Made by a program: the position numbers and the translations under genes
Origin: an uncultured Bacilli bacterium
GTDB lineage: Bacteria; Bacillota_I; Bacilli_A; RF39; UBA660
Reading direction: 5' to 3'
Length of the DNA: 64,000 nt
Assembly: GCA_934101495.1 (NCBI GenBank)
Contig: CAKORG010000001.1
Coordinates: 8,214-72,213 of the forward strand
Part shown: positions 48,044 to 57,423 of the stretch, in pieces
Numbering within the stretch: position 1 is the first letter of the stretch
Layout: each line of letters starts with the position of its first letter
Notes under the pieces: model-generated
What the model saw: the letters and a program-made list of their open reading frames with translations, nothing else
What the model was told of the DNA's origin: nothing
Databases searched by the model: none

Positions 48044-48421
48044 TTAGAAACATTCAACAATTGCGTCACTATCATCCGAAACTTCACGAAGTCCACGATT
48101 TTTATTTGATGATGCTATAAACGATATTCTTTCTGCTATTATTTCTGTTATGTATTTAGTTTCATTTTGATCATTTACATAACTACTATTTTGCACACGC
48201 CCCTTGATGCCAATAGTATCTCCAGTATGACAATAATCTTTGGTAGCTGATGCCATACCATTCCAAAGAACACATCTAATAAAATCAGTTTCATATTTTC
48301 CTTCTGAATTTTTAAAACCTCTTGTTACAGCAATGTTTATTATTGTTCTTTTTTTACCTGTTTCAGATACTTCATATTCTGGGTCCTGAGATAGTCTTCC
48401 AACTAATATTACTTGATTCAT
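48044..48421 (-). CDS. ssb: single-stranded DNA-binding protein, short form
   Basis: 125 aa OB-fold (MNQVILVGRLSQDPEYEVSETGKKRTIINIAVTR...); C-terminus ...SDDSDAIVECF instead of the canonical DDDIPF tip. Confidence 0.7.
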   Translation of the reverse strand: MNQVILVGRLSQDPEYEVSETGKKRTIINIAVTRGFKNSEGKYETDFIRCVLWNGMASATKDYCHTGDTIGIKGRVQNSSYVNDQNETKYITEIIAERISFIASSNKNRGLREVSDDSDAIVECF

Positions 48422-48507
48422 TAATTTGCCTCCTTTCGAACCAACTTTATCATTTTTCAGAGATATTTCAAAATAGTAGATTTGTTAATTTTAATAAATA
48501 ATTTATA

Positions 48508-48534
48508 AAAATTGGTCAAAAATCAACCAATTTT
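48508..48534. promoter_or_regulatory. 9-bp perfect inverted repeat AAAATTGGT-N9-ACCAATTTT in the divergent promoter region between ssb and the 250-aa gene (candidate operator or bidirectional hairpin)
   Basis: Seen directly. Confidence 0.35.
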
Positions 48535-48636
48535 TGGTTTATTTTGAGATAAATTTAATAATTGTTAGAAAATAGATATTGTTTTTTTTCTTAATATTTG
48601 ATAAACTATATTAGAAAATAGGAGTGTTGATTTAAC

Positions 48637-49389
48637 ATGAGTAATGGTATAAATAATGAAAATATTGTTAGCTATAATGACATAATACTTAGAAATTATC
48701 AAAAAACATATCCAAATTTGGCTGGGTTTTCTTATGACATTCAAAATGATTGTTTAGTTTACGAAGGAAACTATGTTAAGCTTTCAGGCTATGGTTTGAG
48801 TAGAATAGACCCAGTATTTTTTAATATGAATCCCGAAGACATTTTCATTTACTTTAAAGATGGTCTTTATCAAAGTGGAGATAAGAACTCTCAAATTGAA
48901 GATTATTTTAATCAATTAGTTATAACTGAGGATGAAGAAGAAACGATTAAAAGTTATGTTGGTCAATATATTGATAAGTTAAACATATACGCTAGAAATG
49001 CTGATGTTTTTGATAAATATTTTCAAAATGAAAGTATTAGGACCTTTATGAAAGATTTAATGACCACAAAAAGAATTGTGGAAGAAGCAAGAAAACTGGC
49101 AAATCCCAATGTCTATAACGCTTATCAAATGATTACAAATGCTTATAATGATGAAATGACTAGTATGAATCAAAATCAAACACAAAACCAAAGTCTAGAT
49201 AAAGCAATGACTTTAACTAGAACAAAACCTGGTTTTAGTGGTTATACCGAATTTGACAAAAACTTAGATTATTTAAATGAGCTTAATAGAAAAGATAAAA
49301 TGGGAATGGCTGGTTATACAAGTTTAATCTTAATAATTACTTCGGCGATTACATTTGGAATGTACTTAGCACTTAAATTGCTTGGTTAA
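48637..49389 (+). CDS. hypothetical protein with a C-terminal TM anchor
   Basis: 250 aa; RBS TAGGAGTG; C-terminal AGYTSLILIITSAITFGMYLALKLLG. Confidence 0.45.
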   Translation: MSNGINNENIVSYNDIILRNYQKTYPNLAGFSYDIQNDCLVYEGNYVKLSGYGLSRIDPVFFNMNPEDIFIYFKDGLYQSGDKNSQIEDYFNQLVITEDEEETIKSYVGQYIDKLNIYARNADVFDKYFQNESIRTFMKDLMTTKRIVEEARKLANPNVYNAYQMITNAYNDEMTSMNQNQTQNQSLDKAMTLTRTKPGFSGYTEFDKNLDYLNELNRKDKMGMAGYTSLILIITSAITFGMYLALKLLG

Positions 49390-49417
49390 AAAATTGGTGA
49401 ATTTCTTTCACCAATTT

Positions 49418-50119
49418 TTATTTTACATTACCAAATCTTCTATCTCTTTTTTCATATTCTTTTATTCCTTTTTCCAATTGCTCTGGAGTAAAGTCTGGAA
49501 AATATACTTTAGGAAAATACATTTCCGCATAAGATATTTGCCACAACATAAAGTTACTAACTCGATTTTCACCACTTGTACGAATTAAAAAGTCAATATC
49601 CGGTAGATTTTTATATAAATACTTTTTAAATAATTCTTCATTTATATCATTAATATTTAATTTCTTTTCTAAGACATCTGTTGCTATTTTTTTTGTTGCG
49701 TCAACTATTTCTTGTCTACCACCATAGCTCAAACAAAAATTAACAACTAATCCGGTATTATCTTTTGTTGCTTCTTCAAGTTCATCTATGGCTTTTACAA
49801 TCTCTGGCTTTAAAAATTCTTTTTGAGATGAAAATAAAACTTTGATATTGGCATTTTTATATTTTGCTTTGCATTTTTTGAACCATTTCATAAAAAGTTC
49901 CATTAAGTAATTTACTTCTTCGGGACTTCTATTAAAATTTTCGGTTGAAAAAACATATAAACTTAAATATTTTGCTATTTTTTTCTCATTTATATACAAA
50001 ATTATTTTTTCGAGAGTTTCTGCTCCAGCTTTATGTCCTTCGCTTCTACTTTTTCCTTTTTCTTTTGCCCATCTGCCATTTCCATCCACAATAATACCAA
50101 TGTGATTTATCTTTGTCAT
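49418..50119 (-). CDS. uppS: undecaprenyl-diphosphate synthase
   Basis: 233 aa; IIVDGNGRWAKEKG... and cis-prenyltransferase motifs. Confidence 0.9.
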   Translation of the reverse strand: MTKINHIGIIVDGNGRWAKEKGKSRSEGHKAGAETLEKIILYINEKKIAKYLSLYVFSTENFNRSPEEVNYLMELFMKWFKKCKAKYKNANIKVLFSSQKEFLKPEIVKAIDELEEATKDNTGLVVNFCLSYGGRQEIVDATKKIATDVLEKKLNINDINEELFKKYLYKNLPDIDFLIRTSGENRVSNFMLWQISYAEMYFPKVYFPDFTPEQLEKGIKEYEKRDRRFGNVK

Positions 50120-51285
50120 TTACGTCTTCTCCTTCTTTTGTGCTTTTTCTTTTTAAATATTAATATTAATATTAGAATTAAAGATGCTAAAATTATTATA
50201 GATGCTTCAATTGGATAATATTTAATATTTTCTTCAAGAAAAACATCGCTAGTTTCAAGTAATTTATCACCTTCATAGATTTTTACTATTCCAATTTTTT
50301 CACTTTTTTTAGTTTTATAAGGTATCTCATCTACACCTTCATAAACATAGTTTACTTTAGTATTATTTTTTAAATATAACTCTGTTTTTTTAGAACCAGT
50401 TATTTTATATGATTTGTTGCTGCTTAATTTAATAGGTATTTCTTTAATAAATGTGTCATTATCTAAAATACTTTGATAACTGTAATTTTCATCATAATAG
50501 TTATAAATACTTATTGTATCTTTAACGGCATTATATGGATATTCTGTACTTGATTTTATTACTACAAGCAAATAATTTACATCATGAAGATTTGTTATTG
50601 AAGCAAGGCATCGACCTGCCTGTTTAGTAAATCCACTTTTAGCCCCATCAATTTTATTCGTCTGTAAAATATTATCATAATTACTTACTGTACTTTTTAA
50701 ATTTAGTCCATTTGTTGTTTTATAACTCTTTGTTGTAAATACCTTTTTAAAGGTTTCATTCTTTAAAGAGTATTTTAAAAGCTTAGCTATATCACTTGCT
50801 GTTGAATAATTATTTTTATCATCTTTGCCAATTGGATTAGAAAAGTTTGTATTATTCATTCCTATTTTCTTTGCTGTTTCATTCATTTTAGCTATAAACT
50901 TTTTATAACCTAGTGTATTATTTACTGCGGCATTAACAGCATCTGCACCACTTGGAAGTAAAATACCATAAAGTAAATCTTCATATGTTACTTTATCTCC
51001 GACTTTAAAACCGGCTTTTGAATACCCCGTTGTGCCTTCGAAATCTTTTTCTGTAATAGTTATTTCTTTAGTTAAATCACTTGTATTTTCAATTGTTACT
51101 AATGCTGTCATCATCTTTGTTAAACTAGCTATTTCAACTATTTCATCTGCATTTTTGCTATATAATATTTTATCATCATTCATATTATAAAGAATTACAT
51201 TTTCACTGGTAATAAAAAAATCTTCAGCATATACTGGATAGATAAAGAAAAAGAGGCTTAGAAGAAAAATACTAATTTTCTTCAT
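50116..51285 (-). CDS. serine-type D-alanyl-D-alanine carboxypeptidase (second copy), C-terminal TM plus poly-basic tail
   Basis: 389 aa; signal peptide; SxxK (ASLTKMMT), KSG (GAKSGFTKQAG); C-terminus IIILASLILILILIFKKKKHKRRRRRK. Confidence 0.75.
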   Translation of the reverse strand: MKKISIFLLSLFFFIYPVYAEDFFITSENVILYNMNDDKILYSKNADEIVEIASLTKMMTALVTIENTSDLTKEITITEKDFEGTTGYSKAGFKVGDKVTYEDLLYGILLPSGADAVNAAVNNTLGYKKFIAKMNETAKKIGMNNTNFSNPIGKDDKNNYSTASDIAKLLKYSLKNETFKKVFTTKSYKTTNGLNLKSTVSNYDNILQTNKIDGAKSGFTKQAGRCLASITNLHDVNYLLVVIKSSTEYPYNAVKDTISIYNYYDENYSYQSILDNDTFIKEIPIKLSSNKSYKITGSKKTELYLKNNTKVNYVYEGVDEIPYKTKKSEKIGIVKIYEGDKLLETSDVFLEENIKYYPIEASIIILASLILILILIFKKKKHKRRRRRK

Positions 51286-52673
51286 TATATAGCCTCATAA
51301 GTTGTGCCTTCACGAGTATCTTTTAAAATAATTCCTTTTGCAAGTAATTCTTCTCTGATACTATCAGCAAGTTCATAGTTTTTGTTTTTTTTAGCTTCAT
51401 TACGTTCATTTATTTTTTTGATAATTTCTTCTTCATTGTCAATTTTCTTTATGTCTTGTTTTAATAAATCTAGGCTTAATACACTATCAAATTCACCAAC
51501 TAATTTATATTTTGTGCCTTCATTTACATCACTTTTTAGTAAATCATGTAAAACAGTTATAGCATTTGCTGTGTTTAAATCATCTTCTAGGCATGAGACA
51601 AATTTATCTTTCCAAGTTTTATAATCTTCTTCATTTATGTTATTGTCAAATTTTAGGCTTGATGTTTTACTATGTAATTTTTTATATGCATTTTCTGCAC
51701 CATCTAGTGAACTATATGAAAATGTTAGTTGACGGCGATAGTGACTTAAAAGACACATATATCTAAAACTTAATGGGTCGTAGCCTTTTTCTTTTAATAC
51801 TTGAACTGTTAAAATTGCTCCATGACTTTTACTCATTTTGCCAGTTTCATCATTTAAATGTTCATTGTGGAACCAATAATTACACCATTTATGGCCAAGA
51901 TAACTTTCACTTTGGGCAATTTCATTCGTGTGATGTGGAAATATGTTATCTACTCCACCACCATGAATATCTAAATATTCCCCTAAGTATTTGATACTTA
52001 TACCGGTACATTCTATATGCCATCCTGGATATCCTAGTCCCCATGGACTTTCCCATTTTAAATCTTGTTCATCAAATTTAGATTTAGTAAACCAAAGAAC
52101 AAAGTCGTTTTGATTTTTCTTTGATGAGTCTTCTTCTACACCTTCGCGGACTCCAACAACCATTTCATCTGCTTTATGATTCGTAAGTTTGTAGTAATCA
52201 TCTAATTTTGACGTGTCAAAATATATGTTTCCGCCGCTTTTATAAGCGTAGCCTTTAGCAAGTAGATTTTCTATTATTTTTATATAATCATTTATATTAG
52301 CTGTTGCTGGGCTTACTACATCTGGCACTCTGTTGTTTAAATCTTCAAAATCTTTAAAGAATGCATCAGTATAAAATCTAGCAATATCCATTACTGTTTT
52401 ATGTTCTTTTTTGGCACTACTTACCATTTTGTCATCACCAGAGTCTGAGTCACTTGTTAAATGACCAACATCAGTAATATTCATAACTCTTTTAACATCA
52501 TAGCCAAGATATCTTAAAGTTTTATCTAAAATATCATGACCAATGTAGTTTCTCATGTTGCCTATGTGAGCATAATGGTATACCGTTGGTCCACACGTAT
52601 AAAAACTTACTTTTCCATCTTGCCATGGAACAAAATCTTCAATTTTTCTTGTAAGTGTATTATATATTTTCAT
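51285..52673 (-). CDS. cysS: cysteine--tRNA ligase
   Basis: 462 aa; HIGH-region TCGPTVYHYAHIGN and KMSKS motif. Confidence 0.93.
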   Translation of the reverse strand: MKIYNTLTRKIEDFVPWQDGKVSFYTCGPTVYHYAHIGNMRNYIGHDILDKTLRYLGYDVKRVMNITDVGHLTSDSDSGDDKMVSSAKKEHKTVMDIARFYTDAFFKDFEDLNNRVPDVVSPATANINDYIKIIENLLAKGYAYKSGGNIYFDTSKLDDYYKLTNHKADEMVVGVREGVEEDSSKKNQNDFVLWFTKSKFDEQDLKWESPWGLGYPGWHIECTGISIKYLGEYLDIHGGGVDNIFPHHTNEIAQSESYLGHKWCNYWFHNEHLNDETGKMSKSHGAILTVQVLKEKGYDPLSFRYMCLLSHYRRQLTFSYSSLDGAENAYKKLHSKTSSLKFDNNINEEDYKTWKDKFVSCLEDDLNTANAITVLHDLLKSDVNEGTKYKLVGEFDSVLSLDLLKQDIKKIDNEEEIIKKINERNEAKKNKNYELADSIREELLAKGIILKDTREGTTYEAI

Positions 52674-52684
52674 TTTTTCTCCTT

Positions 52685-53080
52685 TTATTTTTCTTCATAT
52701 AATAATTTTAAAGTAATTTCATCACTATTAGTATCATATTTTATCAGTTTTATTTTGTATTTTGTTTTATTAATTTCAATCTCATCATTATTGATACTAC
52801 TTAATTCTACTGTATCAATGTAAGGATTATGTATAACTATTAATTTAGCTAGTTTTTCTCCTTCTCTTTCACAATCTTCTTCTTTGCATCTATTGTCACT
52901 TACTTTAGAGTATTTTAAATAGATATCATCTTCTATGTTAGCAAAATCTTTAACTTTCATTGTAAATTCTTGATTTCTCTGGATATAAATATTTTCACCT
53001 TCATTGAAGAAAAGATATATATAAACTCCGATGGCAATAAATACTATTGGTATAACAAGCCAACCTATTCTTTTTTTCAT
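52685..53080 (-). CDS. hypothetical small membrane-anchored protein
   Basis: 131 aa; N-terminal TM WLVIPIVFIAIGVYIYLFF. Confidence 0.45.
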   Translation of the reverse strand: MKKRIGWLVIPIVFIAIGVYIYLFFNEGENIYIQRNQEFTMKVKDFANIEDDIYLKYSKVSDNRCKEEDCEREGEKLAKLIVIHNPYIDTVELSSINNDEIEINKTKYKIKLIKYDTNSDEITLKLLYEEK

Positions 53081-54498
53081 TTTGTTAACCTATTTAATAT
53101 TTCTTCTTTACCTATTAAATATAGAGTATCTGCTAGTTCTGGTCCATGCATAATACCACTTGCAGCTATTCTTATTGGCATGTATAATAATTTACCTTTT
53201 ACTCCAGCTTTTTCTTTAACATTATTTATAACATTTGCTAAAGCTTCAACTGTCCAGTCGGTTGTATTTTCAATTTCTTTTTTGAATACTTCAACAACAT
53301 GAGGGATTACTTCATCACTTTTCATAAATTCTGCTGCTTCTTCATTTACTAAAAATTCATTTGTAAAGAATGATGCTGTTACTTCATTAATTTCTGCTCC
53401 ATAATCAATATGATTTTTATAAACTAGTAATAATCTGTTAACCCATTCTTCAGTCTTACCTTCTGTATTGTTTGTAAAATATTTTTTAATCCAAGTTAAA
53501 TATTCTTCATCACTTAAATTATTTATATAGTGATGGTTAAACCATTTCAGTTTTTTAACATCATAGCTACTAGATGACTTGCTTATTCTGTTTTCATTAA
53601 AGTTTGAGATAAGTTCTTCCATTGTAAATACTTCCTCATTAGTTTCTGGACTCCATCCAAGTAATGCCAGATAGTTTACTATAGCACTTGGTAAATAACC
53701 TTCATTGTAAAGGTCCATGAACGATGCATCGCCATTACGTTTAGATAATTTATTACCATCTTCACCTAAAACCATAGCAACATGGATATATGTTGGTTTT
53801 TCCCAGCCATAAGCTTCATAAAGTAAATTGTATTTAGCTGTTTGGTCTAGATATTCTTTACCACGAATTACATGAGTTATTTCCATTAAATGGTCATCAA
53901 TTACATTGGCAAAATTGTATGTTGGAAATCCATCACTTTTAAGTAATATTTGGTCATCTAAGATGCTATTGTCAATTTTAATTTTACCATATACGACATC
54001 TTCCACTATAGTTTGTCCAGTTTTAGGCATTTTTTGTCTAATTACATACGGAACTCCATTTTTTAAATTTTCTTTGATCGTTTCCTTACTTAATCTTGAA
54101 CATCTACCATCATATAAAAATGGTTTATGCCTTTCATCAGCATGTTTTCTCATTGCTCCTAGTTCATCTTCAGAACAAAAACAATAATAAGCTTTATCCA
54201 TTTCTACAAGTTTTAAGGCATATTCTTTATAAATTTCTTTCCTCTTGCTTTGAATATATGGTCCATAGCCTTTTTCATTATTTGGCCCTTCATCTATTTT
54301 AAAACCACATAAATCCAAAGTATTGTAAATAAAATCTACTGCACCTTCAACTTCACGTTCTTGATCTGTATCTTCTATTCTTAATATAAAGTCTCCATTA
54401 TATTTTTTAGCTAATAAATATTCAAATATTGCTGTTCTTAAATTTCCTATGTGCATGTATCCAGTTGGACTCGGTGCATAACGTGTTCTTACTTTCAT
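53077..54498 (-). CDS. gltX: glutamate--tRNA ligase
   Basis: 473 aa; PSPTGYMHIGNLRTA (HIGH) and KLSKR motifs. Confidence 0.93.
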   Translation of the reverse strand: MKVRTRYAPSPTGYMHIGNLRTAIFEYLLAKKYNGDFILRIEDTDQEREVEGAVDFIYNTLDLCGFKIDEGPNNEKGYGPYIQSKRKEIYKEYALKLVEMDKAYYCFCSEDELGAMRKHADERHKPFLYDGRCSRLSKETIKENLKNGVPYVIRQKMPKTGQTIVEDVVYGKIKIDNSILDDQILLKSDGFPTYNFANVIDDHLMEITHVIRGKEYLDQTAKYNLLYEAYGWEKPTYIHVAMVLGEDGNKLSKRNGDASFMDLYNEGYLPSAIVNYLALLGWSPETNEEVFTMEELISNFNENRISKSSSSYDVKKLKWFNHHYINNLSDEEYLTWIKKYFTNNTEGKTEEWVNRLLLVYKNHIDYGAEINEVTASFFTNEFLVNEEAAEFMKSDEVIPHVVEVFKKEIENTTDWTVEALANVINNVKEKAGVKGKLLYMPIRIAASGIMHGPELADTLYLIGKEEILNRLTK

Positions 54499-54513
54499 AA
54501 ATAATTCTCCTTC

Positions 54514-54852
54514 TTAATTTTCAAAAAAACTTTTTATTAATTCTAATATGTTATTAAATTCTTCGTCGCTACATCGCTCTATAAACTCAATGTTTCGCTC
54601 AGCATAATCAATGCTTCTGATATGCTCACACAAAACTGCCCCCTTTATTTTTTTTAGACCAGTAAGCTCATAATGAGTTGGAAAGCCTTTAGTATTTGTT
54701 GTAATTGGACAAACTATTGCCATATTGGTAAACTGATTAAATAATCTACTGCTTATTACTAAGGCTGGTCTTTCTCCTTTTTGTTCATGCCCTTTTATAG
54801 GGTTAAAATTAATATATACGATATCTCTTTCTTGTGGAATATATTTTACCAT
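54514..54852 (-). CDS. mazF: MazF/PemK-family endoribonuclease toxin
   Basis: Start at ATG 54852 (MVKYIPQERDIVYINFNPIKGHEQKGERPALVIS...), overlapping the mazE stop (ATGGTAA); RBS GAGGGG. Confidence 0.8.
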   Translation of the reverse strand: MVKYIPQERDIVYINFNPIKGHEQKGERPALVISSRLFNQFTNMAIVCPITTNTKGFPTHYELTGLKKIKGAVLCEHIRSIDYAERNIEFIERCSDEEFNNILELIKSFFEN

Positions 54853-55088
54853 AACTCTTTTCCCCTCGCTTCGTCCCATGTAAAGTCTTCTACTTTTTCA
54901 GGACCTTTATATTTTTTAATTCTTGATTTTAATGTTTCTGGCTTTCTAAGAGCTTTAGTAACAATGATTTGTTCCCCCTCTCTAGTAATGTTTACTGCAT
55001 CTCCTGATTTTAAATTTAAAGCCTCTAAATAAACTTTGGGTATTCTTATTCCATTAGAATTACCCCATTTTTGTACTTTATATGCCAT
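54846..55088 (-). CDS. mazE: MazE/PemI-family antitoxin (AbrB/SpoVT-fold)
   Basis: 80 aa; MAYKVQKWGNSNGIRIPKVYLEALNLKSGDAV... swapped-hairpin signature. Confidence 0.75.
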   Translation of the reverse strand: MAYKVQKWGNSNGIRIPKVYLEALNLKSGDAVNITREGEQIIVTKALRKPETLKSRIKKYKGPEKVEDFTWDEARGKELW

Positions 55089-55164
55089 AACTTATCCCTC
55101 CATCTCTAATATATACATAGTCTATATCAAAGTCAAGTAAAATTTGTTAATTTGTGAAAAAATT

Positions 55165-56784
55165 TTATTCAAAAGCTTTTATATAACTTAATTCAGGAAA
55201 ATTCGTAATTAATACTTTTTTTAGATAGTTTATTTTATTATTTAAATTTGGATATTCTTCATAATTTTTACATGCACAAACACTTTCAAAAAGTCGTGCT
55301 CTATCTTCTTGTTCATTGGTTCTAGCATAGTTATCCACAAAATATATTTCATTTTTAAATTTACTTGTTTCCAAGACATCTTTATATAGCACATTCGGAT
55401 AATAAACATTTTGATATGTGAAATTTTCTGGGTTCAAACTACCCCAGTCATATGAAAAATCTTTAAGTTTAAGGTATGCATCTATAATATGCATAGTTTC
55501 ATGGGCTAAGATATTAAGTAAATTATCTTTGGAATTAAGTTTAATTATTATTACATATTCACTATTTTTAACAAAAGATAAACCTACCACATCTGTTTGA
55601 CTACTTTCAAGTTCTCCGCCAGTTATGTCATAGGCAAAATATATATTTAAGCCCTTCATATCATATTCATAAAATCTTTGGAAAAATGTTTTGTTAAAAA
55701 TAAGAAGATAATCTTCAAGATAACTTAAGGCATCGATAATGTCATTGTAGTTATTTACTTCAGTTATGTTGTAGTCTTTATGCATGATATTAATACTTTC
55801 TTTTAAGTTAACATTTATACTATAGTTTTCTTTTATTTCTGTAACTTTATTGCTTATATAATCATTTTCAAATAAATTATCTTTGTTTATACTTCCTTCA
55901 ATATCAAAAACATCATAAACATATATTGTTTTATCTGTAAATACATATATTTTATTTTCATAAACTTTAATACTTTTTACGCTTTCTTTAACCTTATATA
56001 TATCTATTCTAGCTGTTTTACTTTTTTCATATAGATTATAAACATCTATTTCTTTATTTTCTAAGACATATAAATTGTATTCATTTTTACTCAAATGTAT
56101 TATTTTACTTGTTAAATTTTCAATAGGACTTTTAAATTCTTTGTAATCATTATTTGTATTATATATTTTTATTTTGTCATTACTATATGTAAATACTCCT
56201 TTTTCAAAAGTGTCATAATTTTTAATGTTTTCTTCTTTTAAAATAGTTTCTTTGTATAAATTTATTTTTTCTGTAATACTATCCTTTCTTATAAGTAAAC
56301 ATTTTAAATTACAAATGCTATTAATTACTTCAGGGTATTCATTAAAATTATTTTCATATATACTTGATTTTACTGCATAGTCATTTTCAGTGATTAGCTC
56401 TCTTTCTTCTAAAAGCTCTAGGTGTTTATCATATACACTTATTTTACTTTTGTCTTTACAAACCATATACTGATTACTATTATCATTTTTTAAGTTGCAT
56501 GACATATTGATATTTTTAGTATAAATATTTTCTTTTTTACTTGTAGTATCTATTTCTTTAAGCAAATAGTCATTATTATTTTTATATAGCAAGTATATTT
56601 TATTATTATTTATGATGCTGTTTATAAGTGTGTATTTATCTATATATAATGGATAGTCTTCGAAGGAATAAATACTTTTGGTTACATCATCAGAATTATA
56701 ATCTTCGTATATTTTAAACCCAAGCATGACAAGAAGCATTGTTATTAAAATTAAAAGTAATGTTAGAGTAGTATTTTTCTTCAT
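55165..56784 (-). CDS. membrane-anchored extracytoplasmic protein with a C-terminal HExxH (putative zinc-metallopeptidase-like) motif
   Basis: Start revised to ATG 56784 (MKKNTTLTLLLILITMLLVML...); the track start at 56817 is upstream. Large Tyr/Asn/Lys-rich region; C-terminal NLLNILAHETMHIIDAYL. Confidence 0.5.
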   Translation of the reverse strand: MKKNTTLTLLLILITMLLVMLGFKIYEDYNSDDVTKSIYSFEDYPLYIDKYTLINSIINNNKIYLLYKNNNDYLLKEIDTTSKKENIYTKNINMSCNLKNDNSNQYMVCKDKSKISVYDKHLELLEERELITENDYAVKSSIYENNFNEYPEVINSICNLKCLLIRKDSITEKINLYKETILKEENIKNYDTFEKGVFTYSNDKIKIYNTNNDYKEFKSPIENLTSKIIHLSKNEYNLYVLENKEIDVYNLYEKSKTARIDIYKVKESVKSIKVYENKIYVFTDKTIYVYDVFDIEGSINKDNLFENDYISNKVTEIKENYSINVNLKESINIMHKDYNITEVNNYNDIIDALSYLEDYLLIFNKTFFQRFYEYDMKGLNIYFAYDITGGELESSQTDVVGLSFVKNSEYVIIIKLNSKDNLLNILAHETMHIIDAYLKLKDFSYDWGSLNPENFTYQNVYYPNVLYKDVLETSKFKNEIYFVDNYARTNEQEDRARLFESVCACKNYEEYPNLNNKINYLKKVLITNFPELSYIKAFE

Positions 56785-56850
56785 ACAGGTCAACTCCATA
56801 TAACTATATTTTATCATAAAATTTATATAAAAGCTTGTTATTTTAACTTA

Positions 56851-57120
56851 AAAAGAAGAATTATTTCAATTCTCCTTTTAATCTTTCAGCTTGGTTAAGT
56901 GATAATTTCGTAACTCTACAAATTAAATCTACATTGCAATTTTCCTCAAGCATCGCTGTGGCATCTTCAACAGCTTTTTGTTTAATACCACGTTCTATGC
57001 CATCTTCAAATGTTTCTTGTTTTTCATTACCATCAAATCAAAGTCACAAGCAATTCATTACTTTTTAATGCTATATCTACTTCACTATTAACTGAATTTT
57101 TATTTATACTTATAAAAGTC
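56851..57120 (-). pseudogene. degraded C-terminal remnant of an Rpn/YhgA-like (PD-(D/E)XK, transposase_31 family) putative transposase/recombination nuclease
   Basis: Minus-strand frame without a start codon translates to ...DGNEKQETFEDGIERGIKQKAVEDATAMLEENCNVDLICRVTKLSLNQAERLKGELK*, resembling the conserved C-terminus of Rpn-family proteins; upstream frames are interrupted by stops. Confidence 0.4.
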
Positions 57121-57396
57121 CATCTTCAGTTGAGATAAATATTTTTTTGACAATACTATCTCTGGCATTGATTTTCTTAATTTCTAATCTTTGAATGATT
57201 GATTTGCCTAGCTATTATAGATATAATTTATAAACTTTCAAGGCTTTCGACACCCTTCGACATAAAGCAAACTGGAGAAATATATTAGTTAACATTTATT
57301 TACATTTTTAAATTACAAAATATGTAATTATTTTACAACTATAGTAGATATTATTGTACATTTTAAGTATTTTGTTTTTATAATCGAAATTTTTAG

Positions 57397-57423
57397 AAAA
57401 AAAATAAGACTTTTCATCTTATT
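57397..57423 (-). terminator. rho-independent terminator of trxB (AATAAGA-cttttca-TCTTATT, T8 on the minus strand)
   Basis: Seen directly; the stop codon lies within the stem. Confidence 0.55.
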
